A stretch of DNA of 64,000 nt from Octopus vulgaris (Eukaryota): the NCBI GenBank assembly GCA_951406725.2, contig OX597831.1, forward strand, positions 6,944,001-7,008,000, written 5' to 3'. Both the position numbers and the translations under genes were made by a program. A model generated the notes under the pieces. The model saw only the letters and a program-made list of their open reading frames with translations. It was not told the DNA's origin and did not search any database. Shown in pieces: positions 52,422 through 63,254 of this stretch; position 1 is the stretch's first letter, and the number at the start of each line of letters is the position of its first letter.

Positions 52422-52649
52422 CTATGAGTGACAAAATAATGAAAAAGGAAGGGAAAAATAATACAGCTGCTTTTATATTCTTACCACAATTATCAAGAAT
52501 CAATTTTAAATAGGTTTACCCATCAAAAATACACATTTCCTACCGTTGCAGTAATAACAAACTATTAAAAAAATCTGGAGCAAGGTATCTGTGTATGTCT
52601 TTGAAGAATGGTCTAACTGAGAGAATATATAAGAGGGCTTGTAGAGGAG

Positions 52650-53095
52650 CTCAGGTGCATATAAAGCATATGCAGTAATGTACAAATGTCTGGGAAGTGA
52701 ACGGTGTATGAGTCAGATACATGCTTGCGTGTGTATGGAGGGGAGGTAATCAGGTGTAGTGTTGGTGAATCTCAGGAAGCATGGAAGTTTTGAAGGATGC
52801 AGTGCTCCGACAACTAACAACTGATGCTGGCAGTTTGTTCCATGCTTCAGCAACTCTCAGCGTGAAAAAAATGTTTCCTAAAGTCATGGGAGCTGTGCTG
52901 TTTTCTGACTTTGTAAACATGTCCACGGGTGTTAGACAGGCGGAGTTTGAAAAGGTGCTCAGAGTTATTGTTTGTAAGATGGTTAATAATTTTATGGGTG
53001 TCTGCCAAGTCAGCTGCCAGACGTCGGAGTTTCAATGTATCCATGCCCAGGGAAGTAAGGCATTCAGAATAATGCAAATGCTTGATGGAGGGTAT
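52650..53095 (-). mobile_element. CR1-like LINE 3' fragment in LYRM7 intron 2
   Basis: Near-identical to 41852-42260. Confidence 0.85.
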
Positions 53096-53240
53096 TATCT
53101 TGGTTTACTTTACTTAATGGATATAATAATGCCTTGCTCTGTGTTATCTCTAGAATTTCTCCTTAATAAAGAGTAGAATTCTAATTATTTCAATGAAAAC
53201 AAATTTCTTGAGCTAATAATGAAATTCTCTTCAACCATAC

Positions 53241-53313
53241 CTTCCAGTGCTGTTAAGTCATTTTCAAAAACTTTTCTCCTTGTTCTGTGGAGTTGCTTAA
53301 ATGCAGCAATAAC
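53241..53313 (-). CDS. LYRM7: LYRM7 exon 2: VIAAFKQLHRTRRKVFENDLTALE
   Basis: 73 nt, ttttccAG / GTATGG; resembles human [21 protein letters not shown] (recalled). Confidence 0.93.
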
Positions 53314-53717
53314 CTGGAAAATGTTCAAACGTTTTAAAGTCATTTTATATTTTTCTGCTTCACTAGAAATGATTTTTTTTTATTGTTTCTTTTTATTTTG
53401 TTAGTATTCTAGTTTGTATTTTATTTCGTCATTATTCCCATTAAAGTCTAATTATTATTATTATTCAGTTTAACACCTGGTCAACACTAATCACAGCTAA
53501 CATTTACCTTTGACTTATTTATCTTTTACCTGTTCCAATCATTAGACTGTGGCCATACTGGGACACTGCCTTGTAGAACTTTTAGTTGTACTGGTATTTT
53601 TATTTATTATTTATGTAAAGCATATGTTATACATGCATGTATATTGTTATAATTGTTTTTTTTTAATAAATAAATAAATATATGAAATAAAATCAAAAAC
53701 TGAACACAAAGGATATC

Positions 53718-53808
53718 GCGGTACACGTGTTTCAAGCTTTATAAACGACCTGTTCTTACATCAGTGTATAATTGATATAAAAGATGGTTTAAAGCTCTCT
53801 TCAGCCGC
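53718..53808 (-). ncRNA. Type I hammerhead ribozyme, intact core
   Basis: GCGG-CTGAAGA-GAGCTTTA..TAAAGCTT-GAAA-CACGTG-TA-CCGC; GUA site. Confidence 0.85.
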
Positions 53809-54562
53809 ATACATTGTTATTCCAAAGAGTTATCCTTTGTGTTCTGTTTTTGATTTCATTTGATGCATATACCCTCTCACCTCTGCCACTACCTGGCATA
53901 TACAGGTGCTTACACTTATCAAGTATTCACCCTAATTTTGCAGTACCTAAATAAATAGACATAATATAATGTCTAAATGCTAACATATAATTAAAGCCAT
54001 TCCAACCAAGCCAATCCATTCTGGCTTCTAGGGATATGTTGGACTACACCATTCAATGTGTCGTTTACCTTTGTCGAAGATGGAAGATTTGGTTGCTATT
54101 TCTAGCAGGTTGAGACTCCATATTAATATTTCCTAAGTTTGTATTCAAAGACAGATGATGTTCTCCTAAAATTCTTAGCAATCCTGAAATGAATTTTAGT
54201 ATTATCCCAGATAGGGCAACACTGCCTGATGTGGTCCCATCGATCTGTTGTTCTATGTCAGGGAGGTTCCTCTTATCAGTTGGCTAGAAACAGCAGCTAA
54301 CGATCGGGGGCAACAGTTTACACTCTTTCCTTATAATTTAGAAACCTGTGAACCTACCTCAACGATTATTGTTATAATAATTACAATTGCGTTGCTTGTG
54401 TTTCATTGAATGTGGTGATCTTTTTCATTTGTTAGACGTTTAATTGAATTTCATTTGAAATGACAATTAACCCTTATATTCCTTCCTACAATTAATCCAG
54501 TTTCAGGTCTTTTCATATATTTTAAATTTAACCCACAATGTAGAGATCATCCTGCAGTACAT

Positions 54563-54947
54563 ACCTATTTCTGTTACTACCCACATAGAGACGACAAACA
54601 AGGACAGACAAACGGATTAAGTCGATTACAGCGACCCCAGTACTTAATTTATCGACCTCGAAAGGATGAAAGGCAAAGTCGACCTCGGCGGAATTTGAAC
54701 TCACAACGTAACACAGCCGAAATACCTATTTCTTTATTACCCACAAGGGGCTAAACATAGAGAGGACAAACATAGGTATTAAGTCGATTACATCGACCCC
54801 AGTGCGTAACTGGTACTTAATTTATCGACCCCGAAAGGATGAAAGGCAAAGTCGACCTCAGCGGAATTTGAACTCACAACGTTGCGCCAGACGAAATACC
54901 GCTAAGCATTTCGCCCGGCACGCTAACGTTTCTGCCAGCTCGCCGCC
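54563..54947 (-). mobile_element. Two tandem SINE family B copies in LYRM7 intron 1
   Basis: Family B match, junction at about 54725. Confidence 0.85.
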
Positions 54948-55589
54948 TTGTATCCCGCAGTACAGATATGAAGCAATCACAATTCGAAAATGCCATATTT
55001 CCTGAACATGGGCAGAGCATTAAGGATTTCGACAATGGCATTTGAAGAATCGTTATTATAATATAACTTGCTGTTATTTCCATTAAATCTATTAACAAAA
55101 TGTCAAGTTTATGTATAATTAATTTAAAAGTTCAGTAATACAGAATGTTAATTTAATGACTTGACACCTCAATGTAATTAACGAAACAATGCCAGGTAGC
55201 AATGTTATTAATGTGATGGTGAGATGTTCATGTTGGCGACTCCAAGTTTGGCTTTACAGGTGTGTCATTAAGGGTCGCCTTCAAACGGTTCCAGGCGATT
55301 TTTAAAAGGAATTCGTTAATTAATAACTCATATGACATTATTATTTCAGATCGGATAATTTTCCAGTAAATATAATTAATAAAAAAAAAAATTAATAAAC
55401 AGAAATAAATTCATAAGATGAATGAAGGTCAAATAAAAAACCATGCGACTGATTGCCTGATATTATAGCAGAGTTGCTTCAATACCAAACACGAACGTTT
55501 ATCTACAAAATAGAACAACAACAATTATACTTTTTGGGGCAATAATTAGTTGCGGAAGGCGACATAATTAAACGTAAAACACTTCTTAC

Positions 55590-55604
55590 CTGCTTTCTGA
55601 ACAT
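55590..55604 (-). CDS. LYRM7: LYRM7 exon 1 coding part: MFRKQ
   Basis: aaacATG..CAG|GTAAGA, phase 0; total CDS 345 nt, 114 aa. Confidence 0.8.
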
Positions 55605-56148
55605 GTTTACATTTCATTACAAGTCTCGCATCTCATTTGTGAAGTCACGCGAAAACTCGTCGGTTCGCTGTAACTATGGCAACTGTTAAGCAACAAAGAT
55701 GGTTCCCGCAACGAACAGTTTCCTGTCACTGCCGAAAAATATATGTTTGTTACGTTAACTATCTTGGAGGAACTGGGAATTGTTTATTCAAGGAAAATAC
55801 GATAAGGAGAAAACCGTTTCAGATATTCTTATAGCGATAAAATTTATTAATTATTATTATGTGAGAAAAATAATTATAACTATATTAATTTTATAATATA
55901 TTATATTTATTATAGCTTTACCAAAGTAAGCGTTAAGAGTATGGAGAAAGAAAAAGGAAATAAAAGCTTGAATATTCCATTCAATTGTGCATCATTCCAG
56001 GGAAGACTAGTGTTCCCTTCTAAAAGTATCTGAGACCGCCCCACCCAAGATACGGCATTAGCGCGGGAATTTCCAGATATTTTAATTCTACCAGAAATTA
56101 AAATTTTTCATATCTCTTTCATTGGTTCACAATTTCACGGCTCAAACG
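55605..56148. promoter_or_regulatory. Probable bidirectional promoter and 5' UTRs, with X-box-like GTAACTATGGCAAC at 55670-55683
   Basis: Divergent start codons 544 bp apart; no recognisable repeats; relatively CpG-rich. Confidence 0.65.
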
Positions 56149-56285
56149 ATGCCTATTTTTTACCTTCCGATTGTTAATAAATTTGGGATTCTTTCCGAAC
56201 AACAGCGACGTAATATAAACAAACGACTTCATACGAAGCAACCTTCAAATGCCAGCGATACGAGGCCTTCCTTTTCTTCAAACAG
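56149..56285 (+). CDS. TMEM232: TMEM232-like exon 1: MPIFYLPIVNKFGILSEQQRRNINKRLHTKQPSNASDTRPSFSSN(R)
   Basis: ATG, open frame, AG|GTGAAC donor, phase 2 matches next exon. Confidence 0.75.
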
Positions 56286-56914
56286 GTGAACACAAAAGTT
56301 TATTTATCTTTTACTTGTTTCAATAATTAGACTGCGGCCATACTGGGACACCGCCTTGTAGAATTTTTAGTCGTACGAATCGGCTTCTGTGGGTTTTTTT
56401 TTCTCCCTTAAGCCTGGTACCATCAGTCGATATTTTGCCGATTCGCTTAGAACGTAAAACACCAACACCGGTTGTGGGGCAAACGCTGACACAATGACAC
56501 ACACACACGTAGATACAGGTATTTCAGAATTTGGAATACGATAACAGGTAAGAGAAAAAAATTGGTTGAGTGTTGTCGTGAAAACACGAGAAGAGTTGAG
56601 GGGTGAGACGTTAAAAAAACTTTTTTGAAAGAGACTTTCCACCATTATTTTGAAATGTGCGATATTGACACAACATCCATAAATCTTTATCACATGGGAA
56701 CAGACATGCATTTTTATGCTGTTGTATTTTTTCTTTTTATCTCGAAAAATGTCTCTTCACTTCTACGATTTTATTTAAACGAAAAGCTTCCTTTTATTCA
56801 TGTTACATGAAGATTTAATTAGAATTTTAAAATAAGAAAATCGAAGAAAGTTTTGATTACTTTTCCTTAAATCTACCAAATTAAATAAAACCTCAAATCT
56901 TTTATTTGTTACAG

Positions 56915-57026
56915 AAGCCCATTGCAAGTTACTGAGGAATTTGTTGAAAATTACAACAAAGTTAAGAATTTAGAAGAACAGAAGAAATATCATGCAAGGG
57001 CAGTTCAAATGCTCCTTAGAATCAAA
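56915..57026 (+). CDS. TMEM232: TMEM232-like exon 2: SPLQVTEEFVENYNKVKNLEEQKKYHARAVQMLLRIK
   Basis: 112 nt, ttacAG / GTAAGA; resembles human FSITKEFILRFN..ARKIILRCK (recalled). Confidence 0.85.
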
Positions 57027-57624
57027 GTAAGAATTATGTCTGGTATTTTCGCATCTGAAGTTCTTTGAAGTGATGACAAATAGGAGACAAGATTTACTGG
57101 TTTTGTTATTAGAAGTGATTAATATAAACTCTGCTTCCAAATGCTGTTGTTCCTTTCACCGTATTGTCTTTTATTATAATTTTATTTACACGTCAGGAAT
57201 ACTTTATTGAGTTAATAATAGGAGAGCCTGTACCAGCCTGTTAATGTAGTTTATTGAGCCAGGAAGGACGAAATGCAAAGTTGATTTCAGAAGAGTATGA
57301 ACTCGTGAGACTTGCAAATAACTATGCCAAATCCACTTCTCTTGGTACCAATGACTGCAAATAACAAACTATCTTGCTGGGCAATAATATTGAAATGCAA
57401 GAAAAAAAATAAACTGCTTTAAAGCGTTCTTGAATGGCAGCTTTTATGAATTACTAATGTATATCTAACTTTGCTAATTTTATGTGTGTAAATATTAACA
57501 CAAACACAATGTCAAAACTCAATGCATGAGTTAGAACAAATATTTAATACATAGAGTTCCAGTTTCAGCTGTGTATATATGTATGTATTTATATTTATAA
57601 TTTAACCTTATGAACTTTCTAAAC

Positions 57625-57746
57625 TCTCTGACGAAGCCCAGACACAGACTCAAGTACCTTAATCTTATCTACCAAATACTTCACTTCCCTGAAGGGATAT
57701 AAGTAGATTGGGGTACTTTGGCCTCTTGGCTGAAACAGCTGTAAGA
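57625..57746 (+). ncRNA. Type I hammerhead ribozyme with long stem II
   Basis: TCT-CTGACGA-AGCC..AAGTACC..GGTACTT..GGCT-GAAA-CAGCTG-TA-AGA. Confidence 0.8.
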
Positions 57747-58640
57747 TATTATCCTATCTTTTGTGATCTACGTTATATATTTGAATAATTACTGGTATTT
57801 TTATATATTATATAAGTAAAGCATAATATGTTATACATGTATGTATATTGTTATGATTGTTTTTTTTTTAAATAAATAGACATAATATAATGTCTAAAAG
57901 TTGATGAATACCACCTCTTCATCCCCTCCATTTTCTTATTGCTGTATAAATTAAGGGTAAAACAACTTTTTACCCTTACCCATTTATTACACTCGGTAAT
58001 GTAGTTGCCATGCAATGAAAAAACACTTGTGTATTAATAATTGGGTTTTCTATCAGCAGTATATTGGATAGATATTATCCCTTAGCGGGTTGGATCCACA
58101 ACACATCTAACTCTCTTGGAATATATTTCTTTATATTATATAGAGGGCACTATTATACATAGAAATAAATATATACAAAGGAAAAATTGATGTTTTTTTT
58201 CTCTTATGAGGTTTTTCACGCTAACTACTTAATAAATTCTTATGAAGATTTTATCCTATTTTTAAATTGTCTCTTGGAATATATATATATGTATCTATGT
58301 ATATTTGCATATACTGCATTTACTCATGTATAATGCAAGAATTGAATCCAAAACATCATTGTCAAAATTGGAAAGTGGCATTAAACTCAAGTATGATGTA
58401 TTCAATGTGTTAAAGTATAAAAAAAGAAAAGAAAAAATATGACTGATTTTTATTTTTTAGGTACAGAAAGTGCAGAAGACATATTTGAGATCAGATAAAA
58501 GAGTTGTTGGCCCTGCAATAAATATTAGTTTAAAAGGGGTTCACATTATACGAAGAAGCAATATTTTAGAGGGGAGGCGCAGAAAACATTATTCAAGGAA
58601 GATTTTCAAGCGATCTATAAATTTAAACCTAATTTTCTTT

Positions 58641-58920
58641 TCATCATCATCATCATCATCATTTAGCGTCCGTTTTCCATGCTAGCATGGGTTGGACGGT
58701 TCAACTGGGGACTGTGAAGCCGGAAGGCTTCATCAGGCCCAGTCTGATCTGGCAGAGTTTCTACAGCTGGATGCCCTTCCTAACGCCAACCACTCCATGA
58801 GTGTAGTGGGTGCTTTTTACGTGCCACCTGCACAGGTGCCAGACAGAGCTGGCAAACAGCCACGAACGGATGGTGCTTTTACGTGCCACCGGCACGGGGG
58901 CCAGGCGAAGCTGGCAACGG
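58641..58920 (-). mobile_element. RTE 3'-tail (family C)
   Basis: Conserved tail plus 2 units. Confidence 0.8.
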
Positions 58921-59076
58921 ACTAAAACATAAAAAATAAAAATCCGACTAGGAAACAAAACTGACCCCTGAGAGTTTATCCCAGCAATAACTTCTACTTC
59001 ACAGCATCCATAACACAACAAACACAGTAAAATTTGCTGTTACATGTACAATATAATTTTATTCTGTAAATTTCAG

Positions 59077-59182
59077 TGGAATGCGGGTTTGTCAAATTCT
59101 GGTTTTCGAAAAGATGCCAATGTCAGTTCAGCATGGTCAGAGTTGATTCTGTTATTGAAATGCAAAGGAGATATTCAACAAG
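59077..59182 (+). CDS. TMEM232: TMEM232-like exon 3: WNAGLSNSGFRKDANVSSAWSELILLLKCKGDIQQ
   Basis: 106 nt, tttcAG / GTCAGT; resembles human AAWTEVIYLAQCKGEIQD (recalled). Confidence 0.88.
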
Positions 59183-59289
59183 GTCAGTATTAACCCTTCA
59201 TTTTAATTACCTATTAATGTAATTTAATTCCAGTTCTTATACAATTGTTCTTTCTTGATTAAACTTCTCTTAACAAATCAATAGAAATC

Positions 59290-59417
59290 AAGGGCATCAA
59301 GCTGTAGAAACACTGCCAGATCAGACTGGAGCCTGGTGCAGCCTCCTGGCTTCCCAGACCCCGGTCAAACCGTCCAACTCATGCTAGCATGGAAAACGGA
59401 CGTTAAACGATGATGAT
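59290..59417 (+). mobile_element. Short RTE 3'-tail (family C)
   Basis: Conserved terminal ~125 nt plus (GAT)n. Confidence 0.8.
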
Positions 59418-60330
59418 TCACAGTCTCACAACGAGCAATTTGTGTTGAAATCAGCAGACATTTGGACCAGGTCTGTCTTTGGTTTGAAGTCATTAATTGT
59501 TGCCAACATCTAATGTCCATTTTGCATGTTGGCTGGCATGGGTCGGATGAGTTGGTTTGAAACTAACTCACTCTCCTGAAATACTGTTTCCTTCTGTTGT
59601 AACCCATAAGCTTTGGCTACTTTCCCTCTTTTCCCCCACCAGTCTTGAAGTCCTGCAAAGAGATTGTGGTTAATACTCTTTTCTCTTTTGACGTAGTGAG
59701 AGAATTTCTTGGTAGTTTCTTCATTTAATGTAGCTGTTAATTCTTATCACAAAATTCTCATTGCTTTTAAAATGAAATCCAAAGTGTTAAGTTAAACTTA
59801 AAAAGTACAGTCAGGATGGCCATATTTATGGTGCTAATGCACTCCCTGGCTTCTGTTACCCAGCAAAGCTTCCTCGACTCAACGAAATGTCAACAATGAA
59901 TTGTAATTAGCCTAAACTTGTGTTGATGATTACCTGCTTTGTGGTACATCTACTGATGTTGACAGAAGATGTTGAATAATTCTTTGCACCTTCAAACAGG
60001 ACAATATTATAGTCTAAATTAATTGTTACAGGGATTTTTTTTACAGATTTCACATTATTCAGAATAATGTCATATAACACGAGAAATTTCAAATTTCCAT
60101 AAATCCAGTCATTCTGACACAAGATCTCATATATATCGTCTACTTAATCTAAACGCCTCCTAAAAGGCATTAATACTCTTACTCTAAACATCTGAAACTC
60201 TGAAGTCACTAATTTGAGAGAAGGGACATAACTCTGTCTTATTTTCCTTAACTGACAATCATCAGAAATATTTCAGTTTTGATTTCCATGTTTTTTTTTT
60301 TAAGGGAAAACAACTGTTTGTTGCAACAAT

Positions 60331-60547
60331 ATCTTTTACTTGTTTCAGTCATTTGACTGCGGCCATGCTGGAGCACCGCCTTTAGTCGAAAAAATCGACC
60401 CCAGGACTTTTTTTTGTAAGCCTAGTACTTATTCTATCGGTCTTTTTTACCGAACTGCTAAGTTACGGGGACATAAACACACCAGCATCGGTTGTCAAGC
60501 GATGTTGGGGGACAAACAAAGACACACAAACATATACACACATGTAC

Positions 60548-60587
<40 letters not shown>

Positions 60588-62610
60588 TCTCTTTCTTCTC
60601 CCTCTCCTTAATTCCTTGTTCCTCTTTTTCTCTCTCTTCTCCCCCTCCTTAATTCCTTTGCTCCTCTTTTTGTCTCTCTTCTCTTCTCACGTGACCACTG
60701 GCCGACTAGTAGCCCTTTTGCGTCGGACCACGGGCACGGTAACATCGTTGTTTTCGTCTGCTGTAAGGCTTAATTCTCACTCAATACGCCAGCTGAATTC
60801 AGTTCATCCCCAGTCAAAAGACGCCTGTTGTTATGTCCTGTTATTATTATTATTATTGTTTTTTTTGTATTTCTATTCGTATTATTTTATTTTTTTTTGC
60901 ATTTATATTCATGTAACATCGTCCGTTTTTCTGTCCTTTTTTCATACACAGTCAATTCTTTTTCCGAGGAATCTAATGCTCTTAGCTTAGTTTTTCCTTG
61001 GGGCTGGCCAGATTGGAGCAATTTCAAGATTAATCAGCTGAAATTGCGAAGATGATCCGGTTCTTGACTGAAGATTAAAGGCTTTGAATGACCCGTCCGT
61101 GTTTTTTGTATCGTCTATTTGGATGTTTTGCGTTCTTGTCCCAATTGTATTTTTTATACATACATATATATATATATATATCTTATTATAAAAGGCAGAT
61201 TTTATCTGCCTCCCTTTTGTCACTTATAGAAATCTACAATATAGGATTTCTTCAATTACAATTTACCTAGCATTTTTAAGAGTAGAATGCATCGGGTCAT
61301 GCCAGGTCCAGTTTTTAAAATTTAAACTCCAATTAAGCAAAATTTACAGAAAACTCACATTCTGGTGTGCATGTCAAATGCTTTTCTTAGTCTGGTTTAC
61401 AGCACACGCAAACGCACACACACAGTGTGCAACGAATAAAGTGAAACTAATTGACTGTGTGTGTGTTGACAGGTAGACAATAGAATGCGATGGCGATGTA
61501 ATATTTGTTTCTGTCTATCACGCTGATAGATACATGAGTAAAATGTATGGCAAGCTAAGAGATAAGAGTGAGTGAAAATGTTCTTGGAAGAGAGTAAATA
61601 GCGACAGAGTGATTTGAGGAAGACTAAACTGAAAGTATGAAACAGTGTTTATGTATAAACAGACGACACTTATATATAGTTATGTATGCATCCGTTTAAC
61701 CCTTTCGTTACCAAACCGCCCGAATTTACCTATTCATATTTAAACGAGAATATCAGAGTAAATCTCTTTAGTACATTCGTGAAAACACGTATTATACTTC
61801 GTAAACACTTCAAATACAGTTTTGTACAAAAATCGAAGAGTAATTTTAATTCCGTGAATTATGGGAGATTTTTTTCCGAAATTTGTTCCTATTGTGTTTT
61901 CAAAATTTGTAATTCTGACAAAAACTGGATACGAATTTCATTATATCAAGCAGCGAGTCAGAATTCGAAGGATTTTCTACTGAAGACCTTCATAAATCTA
62001 ACTCTATGACTGAAAAAAAAAAAGCATCTTTATATAAGAGTGAAGTTGTGTGTCTGTCTCCTACAATTTAGATTCGTAACTACTCCCACATTTTGTGGTG
62101 CAGTTTAACCAAAAGCAGGTATCTTATAGTCGTGATTCATATCGAGCCCTTCTGGGTATTAGCGCGTCTACGATGAGTCTATGATTTAAAAAAATTTACC
62201 ATATTTTTCCATTTTAATGCATTTTTTTCGCTTTTTATATAAGGGAAGTAACTCTCTAAATATATCTACGATGTGTCAACGATTTAAAAAAAAAATTTAC
62301 CTTAATTTTTTTTCAATTTTTAATGCATTTTTTTGCTATTTTTTGGCTATAACTCTCTAAAAATGCTTATATAGTTATTTCCCTTACAACCTGAGCAACG
62401 CCGGGCGATACTGCTAGTATATATATATACACACACACACACATATATATACGATGGGCTTCTTTCAGTTTCCATCTACCAAATCCACTCTCAAGGCTTT
62501 GGTTGGCCTGAGGCTATAGTAGAAGACACTTGCCCAAGATGCCATGCAGTGGGACTGAACTTGAAACCATGTGGTTCATAAGCAAGCTACTTACTACACA
62601 GCCACTCCTA
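60331..62610 (-). mobile_element. SINE family A split by ~1.8 kb of nested insertions
   Basis: 3' half at 60331-60590 and 5' half at 62420-62610. Confidence 0.7.
62027..62417 (+). mobile_element. Non-autonomous Helitron
   Basis: A|TCTTTATATAA 5' end; CCTGAGCAACGCCGGG hairpin, then CTAG|T; a second Helitron-like 5' end at 61181. Confidence 0.75.
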
Positions 62611-63096
62611 CTGCAACACATATTATACTCTCTTTCCACAGCTTCTCCTGTCCAATTTGTGGAAGATCCACATTTCAAAGACATCTGTTGTCTTTTCCAC
62701 TCCTGTGTACAATGTCCAAGTTTCTGCCCCAAAGAGGACATTTGGCATAATATAACAGTTTACTGGCCTCAGTTTTAGATGCACTTCAAACTGCCCTCTT
62801 TATCATTGTCAATATTCTGTTAATACCAAACTAATGTAATCATCCATTCTACTGACTGAGCTGTCATCTCTCTAGACTTGTGCTTTGGCAGAACAATGAA
62901 CCAAATATCTTGCAGTCTTTAGTAATATCTCTTTACATTCTGTGTTTGACTCCCACCAAAGTCAACTTAGTTTTTTCATCCTTCCGAAGTCAGTAAAATG
63001 AAATTTCTCCTCAAGTTCTGGGATTCAAACTCTGTGCTGTTGTCTGTTGTCCAAGACTTGATTTTATTCAATTGCTGAAGCGTTTCTGGTTTTCAG

Positions 63097-63254
63097 AGTG
63101 TCTGGGTCTTCTGCTGATGTCACTGAAACTGGTTCCCGTTGACTGCAACCTTGTACCATTGCTGCTGTTGCTGGCAGACACCCTGTTGTCCCTGTTGAGA
63201 CAATACTTCACCCAGCAGTCGTTCCTCAGAGAAACTCACATGAAACAACTGAAG
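63097..63254 (+). CDS. TMEM232: TMEM232-like exon 4: (E)CLGLLLMSLKLVPVDCNLVPLLLLLADTLLSLLRQYFTQQSFLRETHMKQLK; gene continues beyond window
   Basis: 158 nt, tttcAG acceptor, phase 1 matches exon 3, AAG|GCAAGT GC donor. Confidence 0.8.

Noticed and set aside
56500-56555. Strong CAG|GTAAGA donor in TMEM232-like intron 1
   Set aside because: Candidate micro-exons of 20, 29 or 35 nt are not frame-preserving and the acceptors are weak.
59907-60122. Antisense ORF with AG/GT-bounded segment in TMEM232-like intron 3
   Set aside because: No recognisable homology or partner exons.
61062-61105. CTGAAGA..GAAT motif in TMEM232-like intron 3
   Set aside because: Lacks GAAA, a valid NUH site and stem I; not callable as a hammerhead.
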